DNA from: Candidatus Kaiserbacteria bacterium RIFCSPLOWO2_01_FULL_55_19
GTDB taxonomy: Bacteria > Patescibacteriota > Minisyncoccia > Phycocordibacterales > Phycocordibacteraceae
Assembly: GCA_001781715.1 (NCBI GenBank)
Contig: MFMD01000036.1
Coordinates: 1 to 24,832, forward strand
Direction: 5' to 3'
Length of the DNA: 24,832 nt
The position numbers were made by a program, and so were the translations under genes. Below are positions 23,134-24,832 of the stretch, piece after piece (within the stretch, counting starts at the first letter, position 1; the number at the start of each line of letters is the position of its first letter). The notes beneath the pieces were generated by a model. The model worked only from the letters and a program-made list of their open reading frames with translations, had not been told where the DNA came from and did not search any database.

Positions 23134-23966
23134 CATTACCGGTCATTATCAAAGCGGATGGTACGCGCGAGATCTTTGACCCCGCGCGTCTTGTGCGATC
23201 GCTTGAACGCTCGGGCGCCGGCGAGCACACAGCGGAGCGGATCGCGCGTGCCATCACCAGCACGGTGAAGCCCGGCGCCTCCTCAAAAGAGATTTATACA
23301 AGAGCATTTTCACTCTTGAGGAAAGAGGCCCGTCCGGTCGCCGCTCGTTATGCGCTTCGGCGCGCATTGCTCGAGCTTGGGCCGACCGGACACCCTTTTG
23401 AGGATTTCATCTCACACCTCTTTCGCAAAGAGGGGTGGGAGGTTGAGACGCGCAAGATTATCCAAGGGAAATGCGTTCCGCACGAAGTTGACTTTTATGC
23501 ATCGCATCCGGGGCAGAACACCTTTCTTGCGGCTGAACTCAAATATCACAATGACCCCGGGTATAAGACGGACCTGAAAGTCGCCCTGTATGTGAAGAGC
23601 CGTTTTGATGATATCTTTTCGTGCGATCCTACCGTGCGTGCGTGCCCTCTTGACCGCGGGCTCCTCGTGACCAACACCAAATTTACCTCAGAGGCCATTG
23701 TCTATGCCGAATGTTCCGGTGTAGAACTGCTCGGCTGGGGATACCCGCTCAACAATACGCTCTTTATGCGTATGAGGAGTGCGGGCGTCTATCCGATCAC
23801 GACGCTGACGACTCTCTCTCACGCTGAGAAGAATCTCCTTATTGAACACCAAGTCATTGCGGTTGATGAGGTCATGCGCGACCGCCGTCTTCTGGACGTA
23901 TTGCATCTCTCCGCCGAACGCGTTGGCGAGCTGCTTGCCGAGGCAGACGGCCTTCTCACGCCGTAA
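23130..23966 (+). CDS. ATP-cone plus Mrr-like PD-(D/E)xK restriction-endonuclease-fold protein
   Basis: N-terminal IIKADGTREIFDPARL..SL (ATP-cone), followed by PTGHPFE, HEVD, AELKYHN, LYVKSRFDDI and LVTNTKFT. True ATG at 23130. Confidence 0.88.
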   Translation: MTLPVIIKADGTREIFDPARLVRSLERSGAGEHTAERIARAITSTVKPGASSKEIYTRAFSLLRKEARPVAARYALRRALLELGPTGHPFEDFISHLFRKEGWEVETRKIIQGKCVPHEVDFYASHPGQNTFLAAELKYHNDPGYKTDLKVALYVKSRFDDIFSCDPTVRACPLDRGLLVTNTKFTSEAIVYAECSGVELLGWGYPLNNTLFMRMRSAGVYPITTLTTLSHAEKNLLIEHQVIAVDEVMRDRRLLDVLHLSAERVGELLAEADGLLTP

Positions 23967-24832
23967 TCCTTTTCAGCTCTTCATGAGCGACTTTCGCGTC
24001 GCTCCACGGGATTCGTGCGCCTTTCGGACCCATAATGTAGGGGTCATCTCCTTTCCCGCTGATAAACACGACCGAGCCCTTCTCGGCCATGGAAAATGCT
24101 TTTTGTATCGCTGTGCGCCGATTAAGTATGAACTCATACGGGCGGTTTCGTATACCGCGCGCAATATCCGCGGCAATCGCTTCAGCTGACTCGTCGTAGG
24201 GGTCATCCTCGGTCAAAATAATGTGGTCGCAGTGCTTGTCCGCGACGGCGCCCATCACCGCGCGCTTGGCCGTATCGCGTCCGCCGCCCGCACTGCCGAA
24301 GAGGCAAATCTTCTTTATTCCCGCATACACGGTGAAGGATTGTTCAAGAGAATCCGCCGTATGCGCATAATCCACAATGACGATGAAGTCCTGTCCTTCG
24401 TCAATGCGCTGCATCCGACCGGGGACGAGGGTGAACTTCCCGAGCGCGGCCTGTATCACTTCTGGAGCAATATCGCGACTCTCCGCAAAGGTTGCCGCTG
24501 CAAGCGCGTTCAGAATATTGAACTCTCCAGGGAGAGCGAGATGCATCTCTACCCCGCGCCAGATAAAATCGCTCCCCTTAGGGTTTGTGGTGAAGGGTCG
24601 TGCATCAGCAACGCCGTAGGGGCATTTGACCCCGACACGCGTAGCGAGGAACCGGCTTCCTTCCGCATCATCACGGTTCGCGACGATTGTGTGTGCCGAT
24701 GCCTCCCCGCGTTCAAGCGCGCGAGCGAGAGTCAGCTTCGCCTCAGCATACTTCGCGTAGGAGCCGTGCGACTCAATATGCTCCGGCGATAAATTAGTGA
24801 AGAGAAGCGCATCAAGGTCAATAAAGGCATGG
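23956..24832 (-). CDS. murE: MurE-type UDP-MurNAc-tripeptide ligase, C-terminal part (5'-truncated by window edge)
   Basis: Frame is open to the window end: FTNLSPEHIESHG..Y..AK, N.DD, GEFNILNALAA, VPGRMQ, VDYAHTADSL, FGSAGGGRD.KR..MG and TEDDPYDE. Confidence 0.9.
   Translation of the reverse strand, partial: HAFIDLDALLFTNLSPEHIESHGSYAKYAEAKLTLARALERGEASAHTIVANRDDAEGSRFLATRVGVKCPYGVADARPFTTNPKGSDFIWRGVEMHLALPGEFNILNALAAATFAESRDIAPEVIQAALGKFTLVPGRMQRIDEGQDFIVIVDYAHTADSLEQSFTVYAGIKKICLFGSAGGGRDTAKRAVMGAVADKHCDHIILTEDDPYDESAEAIAADIARGIRNRPYEFILNRRTAIQKAFSMAEKGSVVFISGKGDDPYIMGPKGARIPWSDAKVAHEELKRITA

Noticed and set aside
1090-24792. Numerous long antisense or alternate-frame ORFs (e.g. 3418-4368, 7690-8445, 10724-11332, 11477-12049, 18306-19139, 24223-24792)
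   Set aside because: They are shadows of well-supported genes in GC-rich coding DNA, with no motifs or expression signals of their own.

Overview
This is a core-genome window from a standard-code (table 11) bacterium. Gene content and style suggest Patescibacteria/CPR, Parcubacteria-like; that assignment is inference. It carries tgt (partial), uvrB-uvrA-uvrC, ddl, six tRNAs (Ala TGC/CGC/GGC, Pro CGG/GGG, Val CAC), yjjX, a SWIB-domain gene, ychF, a DUF5671-like gene, leuS, a sigma70-region-4/HARE-HTH gene, mltG, mnmA, an ATP-cone/PD-(D/E)xK nuclease and murE (partial). No CRISPR array, rRNA or transposase is visible. Three signals stand out. (1) A family of paired palindromes, GAC(A/C)TC-N-GA(T/G)GTC x2 with 26-28 nt start-to-start spacing, is translated in frame inside uvrA, uvrB and leuS, alongside other palindromic and short tandem in-frame inserts. 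(2) A translationally coupled four-gene operon between two tRNA-Ala genes joins a flavodoxin-fold NAD(P)H:quinone oxidoreductase to three His-bearing membrane proteins. (3) Many genes have a -10 box 6-9 nt before the ATG, which points to leaderless mRNAs. Several small ORFs missed by the ORF track and several streamlined enzymes are also noted.
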